This document shows, piece after piece, positions 13,777-30,140 of a stretch of 64,000 nucleotides of DNA. The stretch covers positions 133,982,001 to 134,046,000 of the forward strand of contig OZ024742.1 of assembly GCA_964016885.1 (NCBI GenBank), written 5' to 3'. The notes under the pieces were generated by a model. The model was not told where the DNA came from and did no database searches. It worked only from the letters and a program-made list of their open reading frames with translations. Source of the stretch: Eledone cirrhosa. Its lineage: Eukaryota. Within the stretch, counting starts at the first letter, position 1; every line of letters starts with the position of its first letter. The translations under genes were made by a program, and so were the position numbers.

Positions 13777-14393
13777 CAGCAAAGAAGATTGACATGGTTT
13801 GCTATACAAAAAAGGTTTTTAATCTCATTGCTGACAATTGTTTCTCTGAAATGGTAGGTCTAGAGATCGCTATTCGCTTGTTTTCACGTACTCGATCGCC
13901 AATACAAAATTATAACCAGTTAGTTCTTCGGAGCATGCGAGAATGAAGAGAATATACAGGCATGAAATGAATATACAGGCTACTATATGAAGTAGTAATG
14001 GCATTCAGTTAGAACAATAACAACAATTACAACAATGCTATAAATAAATTATTTGAGGAGACCCTGACATTACATTATGTGGGGGGTATAGTGTATCTAA
14101 GATTTCGGCGTGTAAAACTAGCTGACATGAAGCAGAAGTATAAGTTTGGCATGTACGGAGTGTCGTAGGGTGTATTGTATCAATTTTAAAGATAAGCCGG
14201 TGTTTACAGTCTTTCTTTTCATCTTCAATAACATACATGAATGGGACAACACTGTCAAAGCTAAATAGTAGACTACACCTAAGTGGACTGCATATAACTA
14301 TTATTATACATATATGCGCGTGCGAATGTTTGTGGGTATCACTGTCTATATATATACGGAATGACCAACTCTATCCAGTGGTGTAACAACAAA

Positions 14394-14427
<34 letters not shown>

Positions 14428-15171
14428 GAGGTTATTTTTAATTTGTTGGGATTCAACAAGCTTAAACATTTTTATAACTGATATAAAGCACTCAACAAGT
14501 TAATCGAGTAAATATACAATATATTAATAAATGGAAACTATATTTATAAAACCATAATTATTTTATTATATATATTTCAAGGGCAACCAAGGTAGATTAT
14601 GGTGAGCTTTCATCATATAAAATACAGATTTGTTGTATAAATAAATATTGATATACCCGGAAAAAAGACAACCTCAACGGATGAAATGCGCTATCCGGCG
14701 TGTCTATATTAATGTCAGGACGTTAATATAGCCAACATAGAAATTAAAATAATATCCAAGCACAGAAATGATTCTACATGTAGGCAAATCAGAGAGGTAA
14801 CTGAGATTGAGCTAAGAAGACCAAAGTTAAAGAGAAACAAAGAATGGAATAACAAAAATAACCATACGCAAACAAACCATACTGACTTAAGGGAAATATA
14901 AATAAATAAATAAATAAACATATACACAAGTACAATAACTACAAACACACATGAACACACACTAGTGAACAAAGATAGAATACAAAAACAAATACACTCA
15001 AGTGCGAATACAAACACCAAATATTATACACACACGCAAACGCATGCGCAAAAACAGAGACAAGAATAAATAAATAAATAAAATAAAAATGCCGTAGACA
15101 CTACAACACCATAGGGTGGAACATAATAGTGACATTGATGACGTTGCAGAGGTACAACGAATTTTCATAGA

Positions 15172-15277
<106 letters not shown>

Positions 15278-15910
15278 CTGTATTTTTAAAAGCTGGTCAA
15301 TCAATATGAAGGTATAAAATATACAGAAGCGAAAACCCACCAAACAGTGAGTGTGTTATGTTATTATTTCTGGCAATATAACAACAATATGACTCTCCCC
15401 ATGTATAACAATATATATATGCTGAAATTTTATAATCGTATATTGACTCTACTTGTTCGTCCAATGCATAATTTATGCAAGACGCCACTGATACCTGATT
15501 TCTGTCAGGGTTTCTGATAAAAATAAAAATAACAACACGAGAAAGAGTTACTTTGGGAGAGATTTAATTGTCCCTATATATTTCGGATTCACATCCATCA
15601 ACTGGGGTTTTTTCCCTGGGGGTGGGGGTGGGAGGGGATCTGTCGGAAAGTTCCGAAACGTGTCCTCCGTTGTTCGTTGTTTTGAATGTCTTATTTTTAT
15701 TTTTATCCTTTACGCTCATTCCTTCATTCCAATACACGTTACAATCTTATACACGCCACGCATCTCAACGTACACCCACTTACATCTCTCTCTCCACCAC
15801 CGGATCTTGTTACCTGGAGATTTACCCATCTGCATTGTCGAGGCTTCCAAACGACTTAAAGGAATTTACCTTACTATTCCACAATGCTTCAAGCAAATTT
15901 CAATACTCTC

Positions 15911-15989
<79 letters not shown>

Positions 15990-16132
15990 TTAGAAACACA
16001 CAGATACATGCGGACACACACATATATACATGAATGCATCCGCACCCAACTGTGAGTTAAGGAATTTAGGAACAGTTTAGGTATGATACATTTTATTACT
16101 AATTATATCTAAATGTTTCTTCTCTCTTCATA

Positions 16133-16173
<41 letters not shown>

Positions 16174-16283
16174 CGCAATAGGAGTGTATATGAATGCATC
16201 CAGCCGATGGTTTCTATTTCCTATATTCAAATCTGATTCTCTCGCAAAATTTCATCCGGGAGCATCTAGTTCATTTCAATATC

Positions 16284-16349
16284 AATACTGGCTGAAGGAT
16301 TGTCACTAATGAGAGATTAACGAATCATGAAACAGCGCTGTCTGGTATT
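16284..16349 (+). ncRNA. Degenerate hammerhead motif
   Basis: aatactgg CTGAAGG ... GAAA cagcgctg TC tggtatt; palindromic stem III with GUC, but the core and stem II are damaged. Confidence 0.4.
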
Positions 16350-16514
16350 CTAGACTGATACTGACATACAGTGGCGTGCTCAGAGTACAAATGAGAGAAA
16401 AAAATCATGTGTGAGTAAACATATATAAACATGTGTTCATAATACGATGGTAGATCGCAATTGCAAAATACCTAGATCTCACATACATATATACATTTAA
16501 ACACACACACACAG

Positions 16515-16589
<75 letters not shown>

Positions 16590-17468
16590 TTTGTACGCGC
16601 GTATTGATTAATACACTGATGCATCTATGTACAGTTCGTATACGCAAATTCAGAAATATATACATTGTCTATTTTGTTCTCCTGTTAGGAAACATAATGA
16701 AAATTGAAAGAAACACTTTAGACGACCTCATCATTTAAAAACAACAAGAATTGATAAGACAGTTATAAATCACATAGAAGAAGTATTAACCTTTAAACTT
16801 CTAGAGAAAATGATGCATTTCTTTCTAACAGTTATTGATTATATCCACAGAAGCCACGCTACTCAACGTAGCTGATTATATTTCTCTTTCCTTTACCTAA
16901 ATCTCTCTTGGTTGCTATATTCTTGCTCTTCTCTTGGATGAATTTTTCAATTACATATGCACATTTGTTTATAGAAATGTATTTGTTTGTCCTTTCTTCT
17001 GTATAGTCATACTGTATACATTTATTGCGATACAATTTCTATGTGCAGCTTCAATATATTTCTTTTCCCACTCTATTAATTATATAAAACTTATAATTCC
17101 AAAACAATTATATATCCCACGACACTTTTCATAATTTTAAACTCAAACCTTCAACACGAGATATTTTCTGTTAGAAATATTATTTCTCTGTTATATGTCT
17201 GTTATTTTGATGTTAATATTCGTTCCAATAAGGTTTTGTTTGTACTATATCTTACTTTGTTTCCTTCCAATATGAGGAAACGTATTTATTCAAACAATTA
17301 GAATTCTCTTGTAAAATATTGGTTCGTCAAGTATGAAATTTGTAGAAAGTTGTTTTTTCTCTACAAATTTACCCAATATTATAATTAAATCTATATCCAT
17401 ATCTATTACCACCCTTTCTTTCTTTCTCCGTCACAGTCTTTCTCCCTCTTTCTCTCTCCCTCTCCCTG

Positions 17469-17574
<106 letters not shown>

Positions 17575-17699
17575 ATAATGTTTTAAATATAAAAACTGGA
17601 AAGGTGTAGGTGAAAAAGTCATATTATAAACTGTACACACGGCTATATTAGTATATTAACTCTTGTGTTGGATTATTTCCACGTTGAGAAAAACGGAAA

Positions 17700-19150
17700 A
17701 AAGTATATATTTGTTTCGCAAAGTTGTTTTTTAATATGAAATCATGTGTTGAAACAAATAATGTTATATTTGGAGCGGGTTATATTGCTTTAATATTGCC
17801 AGAAATAATAATAAAACACACTCACAGTTTGGTGTGGGTTGGTTTTCGCTTCTGTATATTTTATATTCCTATTGTTAATTTAGCTGGCAATCAATGTTTA
17901 TCATTGATTGACCAGCAGTCAAAGTTCTCTCGTCACACACATGTGACTTCATCAGTGGTTTTATTATGTTTACCCCCGTTGTATTGTAATGTAAAGTGTC
18001 ATGTTGTTAGCAGAAACACAAGCACATGTTGGATGTTACTTAAATTTACTATAAACTCCCAGTCAGCTAGTTTCATAATTAGATGTTTTGTTTTTAGTTT
18101 TTAATCGTAGCAGTGTTTGCTCATACATTCTGTGATCACCTTAGTGAGTACCTTTGTTGTTATTTTGTGTCTCTCCTTTGTTCTGTCCTACACCATCGCA
18201 CAAAAATAAGATGTTGTAGGATAGAACAAAGCAGAGACACAAAATAACGACGAAGTTAGTCACAGAATATGTGACAAAATATTTTGACATTCAATAACTA
18301 AAAAACATATGCGAATGTATATTAAATTGAAGTGCGTTGGGTCTATTGCTAGAATTACCCACTCAAATTATAACAATATATATAGTAAAAGAGTGAAGAA
18401 TAACATGGTCGGCTGTACAAAAAGGGTTTATTTACAGTATTAACAATTGTTTCATTAATCAGGTGAGTCTAAAAGCCGGTGATCGCTAGAAATTACGTCA
18501 CCCGATCTTAATTACAGTACTTGCCTGATCAAATTATCCGAATACTGAAATATTACCTTAAACGATAGCTTGTTATCCTATATATATATATATTGGTTTT
18601 GCGAGATTTTTTATATGAAATCGTGTGTCGAATTAAATATTATTATACTTGTGGAGGGTCATATTGTTGTAATAATATTGCCAGAAATAATAACAGAACA
18701 CACTCACTGTTTCGTCGGTTTTCACTTCTGCATCTTTTATATCTTCATAGTTAATTTATTTGGCAATCAATGTTTATCATTGACTGACCTACGGTTAAAA
18801 ATACAGATAAAATATATATATATAGTCTAACAAAGTTCTTTCGGTGCACATATGCACATTATCAAGTTCCCTCCTATTGTGTTATATTGCAGTGTTTACG
18901 CCACAACAAAATAGGAGGACATGATAATAGTACCACTGATAATGTTGCAGATGTGCAACGAAAGAACTTTGTTAGACTATATATGTGTATTTTTAACCGT
19001 TGGTCAGTCAACGATAAACATTGATTGCCAAATAAATTAACCATCGAGATATAAATGATCCAGAAGCAAAAACCAACCAAACAGTGAGTGTGTTCTGTTA
19101 TTATTTCTGGCAATTTTATTATAACAATATGACCCTCCTCAAGTATAACA

Positions 19151-19182
<32 letters not shown>

Positions 19183-19297
19183 TGTTATACATGAGGAGAG
19201 TTATATTGTTGTAACAATATAGCCAGAAATAATAACAGAACACACTCACTGTTTGGTTGGTTTTTGCTTCTGGACCTTTTATATCTCCATAGTTATA
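17700..19297. repeat. Cluster of direct and inverted copies of a ~250-bp repeat family
   Basis: ttgccagaaataataacagaacacactcactgttt motif at ~17795(+), ~18678(+), ~19080(-), ~19222(+), and also ~15345(-). Confidence 0.75.
18152..18255. repeat. Imperfect hairpin, ~45-bp arms
   Basis: gttattttgtgtctctcctttgttctgtcctacaccatc / gatgttgtaggatagaacaaagcagagacacaaaataac. Confidence 0.75.
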
Positions 19298-19347
19298 TAC
19301 ACAAACACACACACACACACACACGCACACACACACACACACACACA

Positions 19348-21817
<2,470 letters not shown>

Positions 21818-23096
21818 TGTGTGTGTGCGTGTGTGTATATATTAATAGGTTGACGACATGACAATACCACGAAGTGCTTCTCGCATACATGACACTTAAA
21901 CGCCGTGTGATACACCGCCATACGCAATGCTAGCTGTAGTTACATAGTTGCAGAGGAATCGGTTGTGAGTTCGCAAAATGAAACAGAGCTTTAATATGAT
22001 CACCGACTAAAGATCATCAAATCAATGAAGATATCTAAATTAATTGTCGTTATAGACAACAATCATTAAGCATACGATAATCAGGTCATAATTTTTATGC
22101 GGGTGTCAAATTTCATGTATGAATTCTGTATGTAATTTGGCATATATATGGTCCTCTTTCAATAATAGCTGAAGTCGTATATAATAAATGTTGGTTTGTT
22201 TCAATGTTTAAAGGATTTAATAAAGGAGTATGTTTGTTTCTGATTTTGTCGTATTACGATACGGAAATCAGATATATATGTGAAATTTAACATAACATCA
22301 GATATTAGACTTAATGTCATATTTTAAAGTGATTTCTTGATATTCTTACCGTAAAGTCAATTACAGTGACACTGAAGCAAAATTGCTCCAGCATCAATTA
22401 TAGATTGGCCTGCCATCATATGCTATGTCTTTCCGGGTACGCGTTTAATATATGCTGTTTGTATATCCTTCCATATAAAACAGGAACATCCTGCTTCGTA
22501 TATCTTGCAATTCAGGTAGAAATCACTTTATCGTTATGTTTGCAAATAATCACACACATATGCTTCATTTTCTGCTTTTATTGGATTGACATTTTGTGAT
22601 ACATTCAACATAGCCAACAGCATTTAAAACATTGTTGGAACACAAATAGCTTATATTTACAAAAGGCTTCTTATGAATCGAAATTTTGCATGACATTTTC
22701 AAGTCTAATCTCCCAATTCATGCGATGCAAGTGCGCATTGTTTACGACAAAAACCTTCTTTACAAGGTGTAAAATTCTTCCATCTTTTATATCTGTTTCC
22801 GTGTTGAATCGAATGCTGCATAATGATTTAATCTTATTTAATACATTGATATTTACTCCCATAACGCTAAAACGTATATTATTAGTGTGCTAACAGACCT
22901 TGATAAGTGTGCGATTCTATATATGATTATATCATTTTTCTTAAACACATTGTGAACAAAGCCCCATGTTTGCGTCTTCAAATTGTTTTCACCTCTGTTC
23001 TCTGCGTTATTTAATTTTGTAAAACGTACAATGGATTGTCAGTTACATACAATTAATCAACGGAGTGTCATGCAGTATTTAACTATCATTATTCAT

Positions 23097-23133
<37 letters not shown>

Positions 23134-23668
23134 ATATCAGCCAAGTATGTATTCGTGTTGGGAAATAAATGATTGTCAGATGGGGTCATGTCTGGAAAAT
23201 GGAGAGCGTTACCAACCAATTCAGGGTCACAGTCACGCACGTCAGTCATTGAAACCAAACTGTCACCCTATCTAAATTCAGCTGCTGCCCACATTTACAC
23301 TGTTGATAAAGCTGCATCGTCATCCCTAATATAGCAATCAATTCAATATTCATGTCCTAGGGTATTATTCTGCATTTAGTATTACCTCTATGCAAAGATT
23401 TAATAAGTTTCAAGTGTAATCACTCCTATTACATTTGAAGTATTCATTGAACAGTAATATATAAATTTACCTGAAATGAAATGTTGTTTCTATTGATTAG
23501 AAGTGTGTGAGCCCACCCTCGTATACTAACTGACATTTCAAAAATATTTTACGAACGAAATGTAACTTACATTATAGTGTTGTAGTTTGCATACAATTAA
23601 CCAATCATCTCATATTTGATACGTCCGTATTTAGATTAATGAAGTATGTGGATATATAGATCAATATA

Positions 23669-23852
23669 ATTGTTTCTACTTTAGGCACAAGGCCAGCAAT
23701 TATTCCAGTGCATTACTGGTACTTTATTTTATCGACCCGTAAGGATGAAAGGCAAAGTTAACCTCGACGGGATTTGAACTCAGATCATAAAGGGACGTAA
23801 CTATGCTGGAGAGCATGGCGTCCGACCCTCTACCGATACTGCCAATCCGCCG
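23669..23852 (-). mobile_element. tRNA-derived SINE
   Basis: same consensus; the minus strand has ggcagtatcggtagag (A-box-like) and gagttcaaatcc (B box). Confidence 0.8.
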
Positions 23853-24444
23853 CCCGATATATAGTTCAATATAATAATATTTAGGTGTTGCCCATTTTCG
23901 CATCATTTTACTTTGATAATTAAAAAAAAACCTGGCCTGTGATATATTGTCCTTTCTTTTCAATTTACAGAATCCAATGTGGAAACAAGATGACAGAACG
24001 AAATTAAATGAAAATAAACGAATAATATTGCGGTTAATGAGAAAAATACTTTTTATGAACGAAATTTATAACCATAAATGTTATGCCTTGATCATTCGAC
24101 ACGCGTTGTGTAAGATTGTTGTTTTCTGAAAGAATTATTTTGATCACATATGTGGTCTCAGGCATCGAACCAACCTGGCGGTAAGCCAGTCACAAAAATG
24201 TCTTATTCACTGCTGTTTCAATTTTCATATTAGATCCTTTGTGCGTGCGAATATTACTGGCGATGGTGTTTAAGGACGTGCCAATTATTCTAACCTCAAT
24301 TTGGATCGTTGAATTTCCTTCAAACCAACATCAGCGAATTATTGTCCAGTTCGAGCTCCTCTTTTTTTCTTTTATTGTAATTAAAAGAGCAATACAATAG
24401 TTGAATGTACTGGATTGTGAAGCCAATGGTAATAATGGTTTCTT

Positions 24445-24546
24445 ATATAGGCACAAGGCCAGCATTTGTGGGGGAAGGGAAAAGTCGATTACATCGACCC
24501 CAGTGCGTGACTGGTACTTTATTTTATCGACCCCGTAAGGATGAAG
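24445..24546 (-). mobile_element. SINE 3' half
   Basis: aggcacaaggccagc..gtcgattacatcgaccccagtg..actggtactttattttatcgaccccgtaaggatgaa. Confidence 0.75.
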
Positions 24547-25330
24547 CCGATGGTAATAATCCTCCATCTCATGGAGAGATAGTCAGGATCGATCTTCTTA
24601 TGGGGAAGCGGATAACTCAATTTCCTGAGCTATCTTCTCACGGTGATTGGTTCTTCCTCGATAAGCAGTTGAGAGGGAAACCGGTAGTTCAATCACATCA
24701 TGACAAAGACACTTCACAATTGCGTTAGATACTTTCCTTCCCAACTGATACTGAGAGTTTCATCGAGAGTCGGCTTTATTCACAGTGATTTTAAAGGTGG
24801 TGCTCCTCTTAAATAATTCATCATCATCATCATCATTAATAGCTGAGGTCTATGACGAAATTTCAAGAGCTATTTTCTCGAACAACTTGACTTTTTCATC
24901 TTGCTTTCTCTTCCTTACTTTCTTATAATGAATCTTCCTTTCCTTCTTCTGAATGGCTCTCACGTGTCCTGCATCAACCCAGCCAGGAACGAATACATCA
25001 CAAGTAACCACTATCTCTAAAGAAAGCTTTGTCTTCAGATGAGTCATTATTTACTTAGAGAAAGTCTCCTGGCTTGCATTGACTAAACTATTCTCGAAAT
25101 CACCTTTTCAAATCTCACATCTTGCAATTGCTTTGTTAGACATCCTTGATATATCTTTATTCCCACTTTTATACTCCTTATACAATTTCCAGATTGAAGT
25201 GCAGTGGTCTTTATCCGTTTCGGTAGGAGTCTTTGATTTTCGCCCCACTTCCTCTATTTTCTGATTAGTATATTTTATCGCAACACAAATTGTCACTCCG
25301 TGTTCGAAATTATTTTAGTAAAGGAAACAC
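24547..25330 (-). pseudogene. Probable hAT (hATm-like) transposase N-terminal relic
   Basis: minus-strand near-open frame ...IWKLYKEYK...LSTAYRGRTNHREKIAQEI...LSLH(frameshift)DGGLLP resembles the LHWDGKLLP motif (first catalytic D) of hATm-type transposases; truncated by a SINE. Confidence 0.45.
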
Positions 25331-26008
25331 AAGAGCACCTGCTGTTTGGAGGGGAGTGAAGTTTGAGATAAATGTTCCCCAAACCCTGTCTCAAGCAACC
25401 AACTTACTTTTCTGTTTACCATTTTCTTATTCACTGTGAAAAATGAAAAGCAAAATCAATCAGTCACTTTGTTTAACAAACTTTCGGGTTCTTATATTTG
25501 TGGAACACATTCGGTCTATGAAAAGTGATACAGCTGAAACATAATTCGTAACGTTATAACAACGGATGGAACTTATCGAAAAACAGTGTTTACCACTCGC
25601 CAACAAAACCAAAACTGATCCAACAGTGCAATGAACCTTGCATTGGAACATTATAGGTAACTCATTATCTTGCTGAACTATCAAGACAAATATATCGAAA
25701 AGTTCACTTCATCAACGTGGTATCGGTAACTTTCTCTTTGTGCGAAAAATAAAGACAAATCACCGACCTTGAATTGTTTCTACATACTTAATTTATGGTT
25801 CATTTCTTTGTTCATTTAGGATCCTATAAACTGTAGAAATGTATCCTGTATGCACACACACGTTGCGGGCGGAAAATGCGACTTCACTACAATCAAGAAA
25901 TGCTGAAGTAAATTTCTTGCATATGTTTATCATAACATTCAAAAAATACCAAATATATATTCCAATTAAAACCTGCCCGTCGCTCAATCTATCTTATTTC
26001 TCATTCTT

Positions 26009-26044
26009 TCTTCCAATGAAGGACCAGCGTCCGAAACGTTAAGA
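26009..26044 (+). ncRNA. Degenerate minimal hammerhead
   Basis: tctt CCAATGA a ggac cagc gtcc GAAA cg TT aaga; the stems are intact but the core is mutated. Confidence 0.45.
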
Positions 26045-26425
26045 ACCTCTACCTGCTAATTTAAGGGTTAACCTAATATATTCCTTCCATATACTGTACC
26101 GATTGTGTTGTTATTACTGTTTACCTTTTACACACACACACACGCGCGCGCGCACACACGCACATACACACACTCACACACACATATATATATATATATT
26201 TTTTATCTATTTCTGTAGAACATGTATGTATAGTACAGAGCTATTTAATTATATAATAAACAACACAATATAATTATTACATTACATGAGCGAACTGGAC
26301 GTTTCTGTTAGAAGCGTCTAATTTCATGAAAGCTTAGTTAATGGAATACTTATATTGTGTTGTTAAGTATATAATTAAATATATATATATATATACGTGT
26401 GTGTATGTGTGTGTGTGTGAAGAGG

Positions 26426-26632
26426 TGTTACATAATGGATTTATTGCACAATCCAGCTTACAAATAATTCATAAACAGCTGGCCCGTGATCCGGGTTGAC
26501 GCACGAGAGCAGATTCCAAATCTGCCTGATTCTCAGGCCAGAGTTATCACTAGAGTGTCAACCCGGATCACGAGCCAGATGTTTGTGAAAGATTGTTAAC
26601 AAGGATTGAGCAATAAATCTTTTATGTAACAC
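26426..26632. repeat. Imperfect hairpin element, ~75-bp arms
   Basis: gtgttacataatggatttattgcacaatcc..ctggcccgtgatccgggttgac / gtcaacccggatcacgagccag..ggattgagcaataaatcttttatgtaacac. Confidence 0.8.
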
Positions 26633-26746
26633 ATCCATTTTCTTCTCATATACACTCTTCTGCATCGAATGCTCACATTGGTACTCGCACAAGCTTTCTT
26701 CGGACATACTGAATCTTCTGCGCATATCTATCTATCTATATATTAA

Positions 26747-26813
<67 letters not shown>

Positions 26814-26855
26814 GAAAATAAACCAAAGAAGCCTTAAATACATCAAAAGTCTTTA

Positions 26856-26898
26856 TTAGCCAACAATGTTTCGTCCTGTTAAGGACTCATCAGGGCAA
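26856..26898 (-). ncRNA. Type-I hammerhead ribozyme in the PLE 3' end
   Basis: ttgcc CTGATGA gtcct taac aggac GAAA cattg TT ggctaa, followed by AATAAA. Confidence 0.85.
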
Positions 26899-27298
26899 TT
26901 AAAGCTATAAGAAGCACTATCGGCCAATACAAGCCAAAAACTCAGAAAAATATGGAGTGTACATACATTAAAGCATAGGAAGATTATCGGGTAAGAATTA
27001 TCAAGTAAAAATTGTTAAGGAAGTTTATAACAATTTGAACCATATTACAAATATAGTCAAATGCAAAAACTAAAGCTAAACAAAGGTGGTGATATAGAGC
27101 GGGAATTATTGTACTATATATAATATAATATAATATAATATAAAATAATATAATTGATAATGACAAAAATAATAATAATATTAAAAGGCCCAATATACAT
27201 ATATATATATATACATATGTACACATATATACATATATATCAATACACATTTCCATCAATACAAGCACAAACTAACCCTTATTAAGAGTTTAAATATA

Positions 27299-27299
<1 letters not shown>

Positions 27300-27330
<31 letters not shown>

Positions 27331-27430
27331 GAATAATAAGAATAAAAATGAAAATAAAAATAAAAATAAAAATAAAAATAAAAATAAAAATAAAAATAAA
27401 AATAAAAATAAAAATAAAAATAAAAATAAA

Positions 27431-27461
<31 letters not shown>

Positions 27462-27466
27462 TATAA
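27300..27466. repeat. (AAT)n/(AAAAAT)n microsatellite
   Basis: direct inspection; much shorter in the inverted arm (~32035-32080). Confidence 0.9.
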
Positions 27467-30140
27467 TACATATATTATTTACAGTATAAAATGAAGAAGA
27501 AATGATTAAAAGTAAACATATAGTATATAATAATAAACTATATAATTATATAATAGATAATCTCCGGTTAATTTGCTCAAACAATATAAATGTTACAATA
27601 ACACTATAATAACAATATTATAATATAATGACGTATAACTTAACAAATCATATAGAGTTACAGACGGGGTGAGAAAAAATATTGTACAGAACTAAATTAT
27701 GTTGGAAAAATTATGTTGGAAAAATATCAAAACCATTGCAAGAAAACAGATGGAGGTCATATTTCTCTACATTGGTGTAAATAAATATTATCCAAACATT
27801 ACAAAAATTATAAAAATATAAACATATTACAGAATTTACAAAATTTAACATAACATAATGGTACATTTAATAATCGGTAAATAATAAAGATCAGTAGTAC
27901 GTTTACAAAGAGTGGAATAATATAAAAATTTCAGTATAAAATATTGAACATAGTATAATATACATACTTACGTGGTTGGTGGACAGACATTTGTGAATAA
28001 GTGAATAAGAACCAGACAGAAAACTACGCACGGTAGTATAAATATATAAATAAAATCAACCGGAAATCGAAAAACAAAAACAAAAGTATTTATTTAGGTG
28101 TCACATGCAGTTAAGTCAAAATTTAAGGAAACAAACCGGATAAGTGACTAGAAAACCCTATTAAATTAATTAATATTGAAAGTATTTAAAATACATAATA
28201 AGTCAATACAAACTTAGCTATGGTTTAAGTAATCAAAGACTCCAAATTTTAAGATATCACTATAAAAATATGTGGAAAAGAATGAAATATTCTACTATCA
28301 ATTGAATAACGTTATCTAATAAACGGACTTTAAGTAGAATTATGGTAGGCCAATGGGGACAGATAAAAAGAAATGTATGTAGGATACGAAGGAGCATAAA
28401 ATCATAATCAATATACTGTATTATACAATAGAAAGGAGCATAAAAGGGAATTGAATATAATTATAGTATATTTGAAGGGGCGAATGACAAGTGTGTGTGT
28501 GTGTGGTGTGTGTGTGTGGGGGGGAGGGGGGTTAATTATCCAAAGAAGAATCCAAATAAAATAAAATAAAATATATAATCAGATATAAACTCATAAGGTG
28601 TTAATAGTGAAAATATAATATAGATATCGTATGGTAGCCAAAGGACTATGAAAACTAGAATGAAAAGCTGTTAAAAACCAATAATAATAATAATGATAAT
28701 GATGGTGGTAAACAAAATGAACCTAAACTAAAAAGATAAGGGAATATAGCAGCTAATGGATACAATTTACACTACTAGAACCTTTAGGTTTATAATAAAA
28801 GTAAGAATTTGAAATGGCGTGGGGGCAAGAAGAGAATATCTCCGACTTTCTATTAAGTAAGGTTTCCCTAGGGAAAATTATACAGTGGGTCTCAAGGATA
28901 CAGAGATTACGAAATTTAGTATGTGTTGAAAGGTTATTAGAGCGTGCTACTATTCGCCAATTAAGGCTATATGGTATATTCGCCCCCTTAAGATCCCAGA
29001 TATGGTGTGCTAAAGAAGTAGAATTCTCAAACTTAACATGTTTAAAATTAGAGATATGAGAATTAAACCTAGTCTTAAAAGTGTTAGATGTAGAGCCTAT
29101 ATATGTACTATTAGAGGAATTTGTTTTAACTACACAAGCATAAACGATGTTCTTAGAGAGGCAGTTACCGTTTAAAGGGCAGTTAGCACTCACTCTACAG
29201 TTACACTTCCGGGTGCTATTAATCGGCTGAAGTAGTGATGCATCACACGTAGGGTTACTATGAGATAAGGTCTGCTCAGGTGGTAAGGTATTTATGGATC
29301 TATTCGGACTAGTAGTACGTAGAGAGGTGTATCCATCCCTAATTTTCCCTTTGTTAGTGCTAGCTAAATGAGAACTAATATTAGGGGTGGTAGAGAATGA
29401 AAGTTTAATTACATTTTTATTAAATTTACTATGGTATTTACTAGTAGGAGGGAAACTTTTCTCTAAGATAGAAAAGAAAGACCTAGGGATGTTAGTTAAT
29501 ATGATTATATGGCTGGTTAAAATAAGTATTTAGTCTCCTAGTTTTATCCTTACCAACTCTACCGTTATCTAATATCCCCCTATTAAGATTTGGGTTACTA
29601 CAAGGACTAGTTAAAACCACATTATTAGAATCAGCCGAAACTCCTTTAAGTCTATTTTTGTTTCTACCATTAGTATATCTGCTGCTATCTGGAAGTATAT
29701 CAAAAGGATTAGGGCTAATACTAGGATCAGTAGAAACAACACTATTAGAATTAGATTTAGCAAAAGAATTACAACTGAGTGAGCGCTCAGAGGGCTCGAT
29801 TTGATTCCGAGAAGTTTTAGATTCCCTATTACGAGTCCGGTGGCTTAACTTATGGATGGGTTCAGATACACCTATGTGATTTCTATGATTCTTATGCTTT
29901 CTACTCTAATTCATGGCCATATTATGGGATATTATGTTATTATTATTATAAGTAAGCGGAGACTTTCTAAGGTTACTCTTATTATAATGTAATTTACCAG
30001 AGTAACCGGAATTAGCTAGGGCATTATTATAGTACTCTGCATGTGCATTAAATGTTCCTACGTCCTTAGAGAGTGTGGAAATCCTATTAGATACACCATT
30101 AATTATAGAGCTCATCCTAGATTTGGGGTGGTTAGAATTG

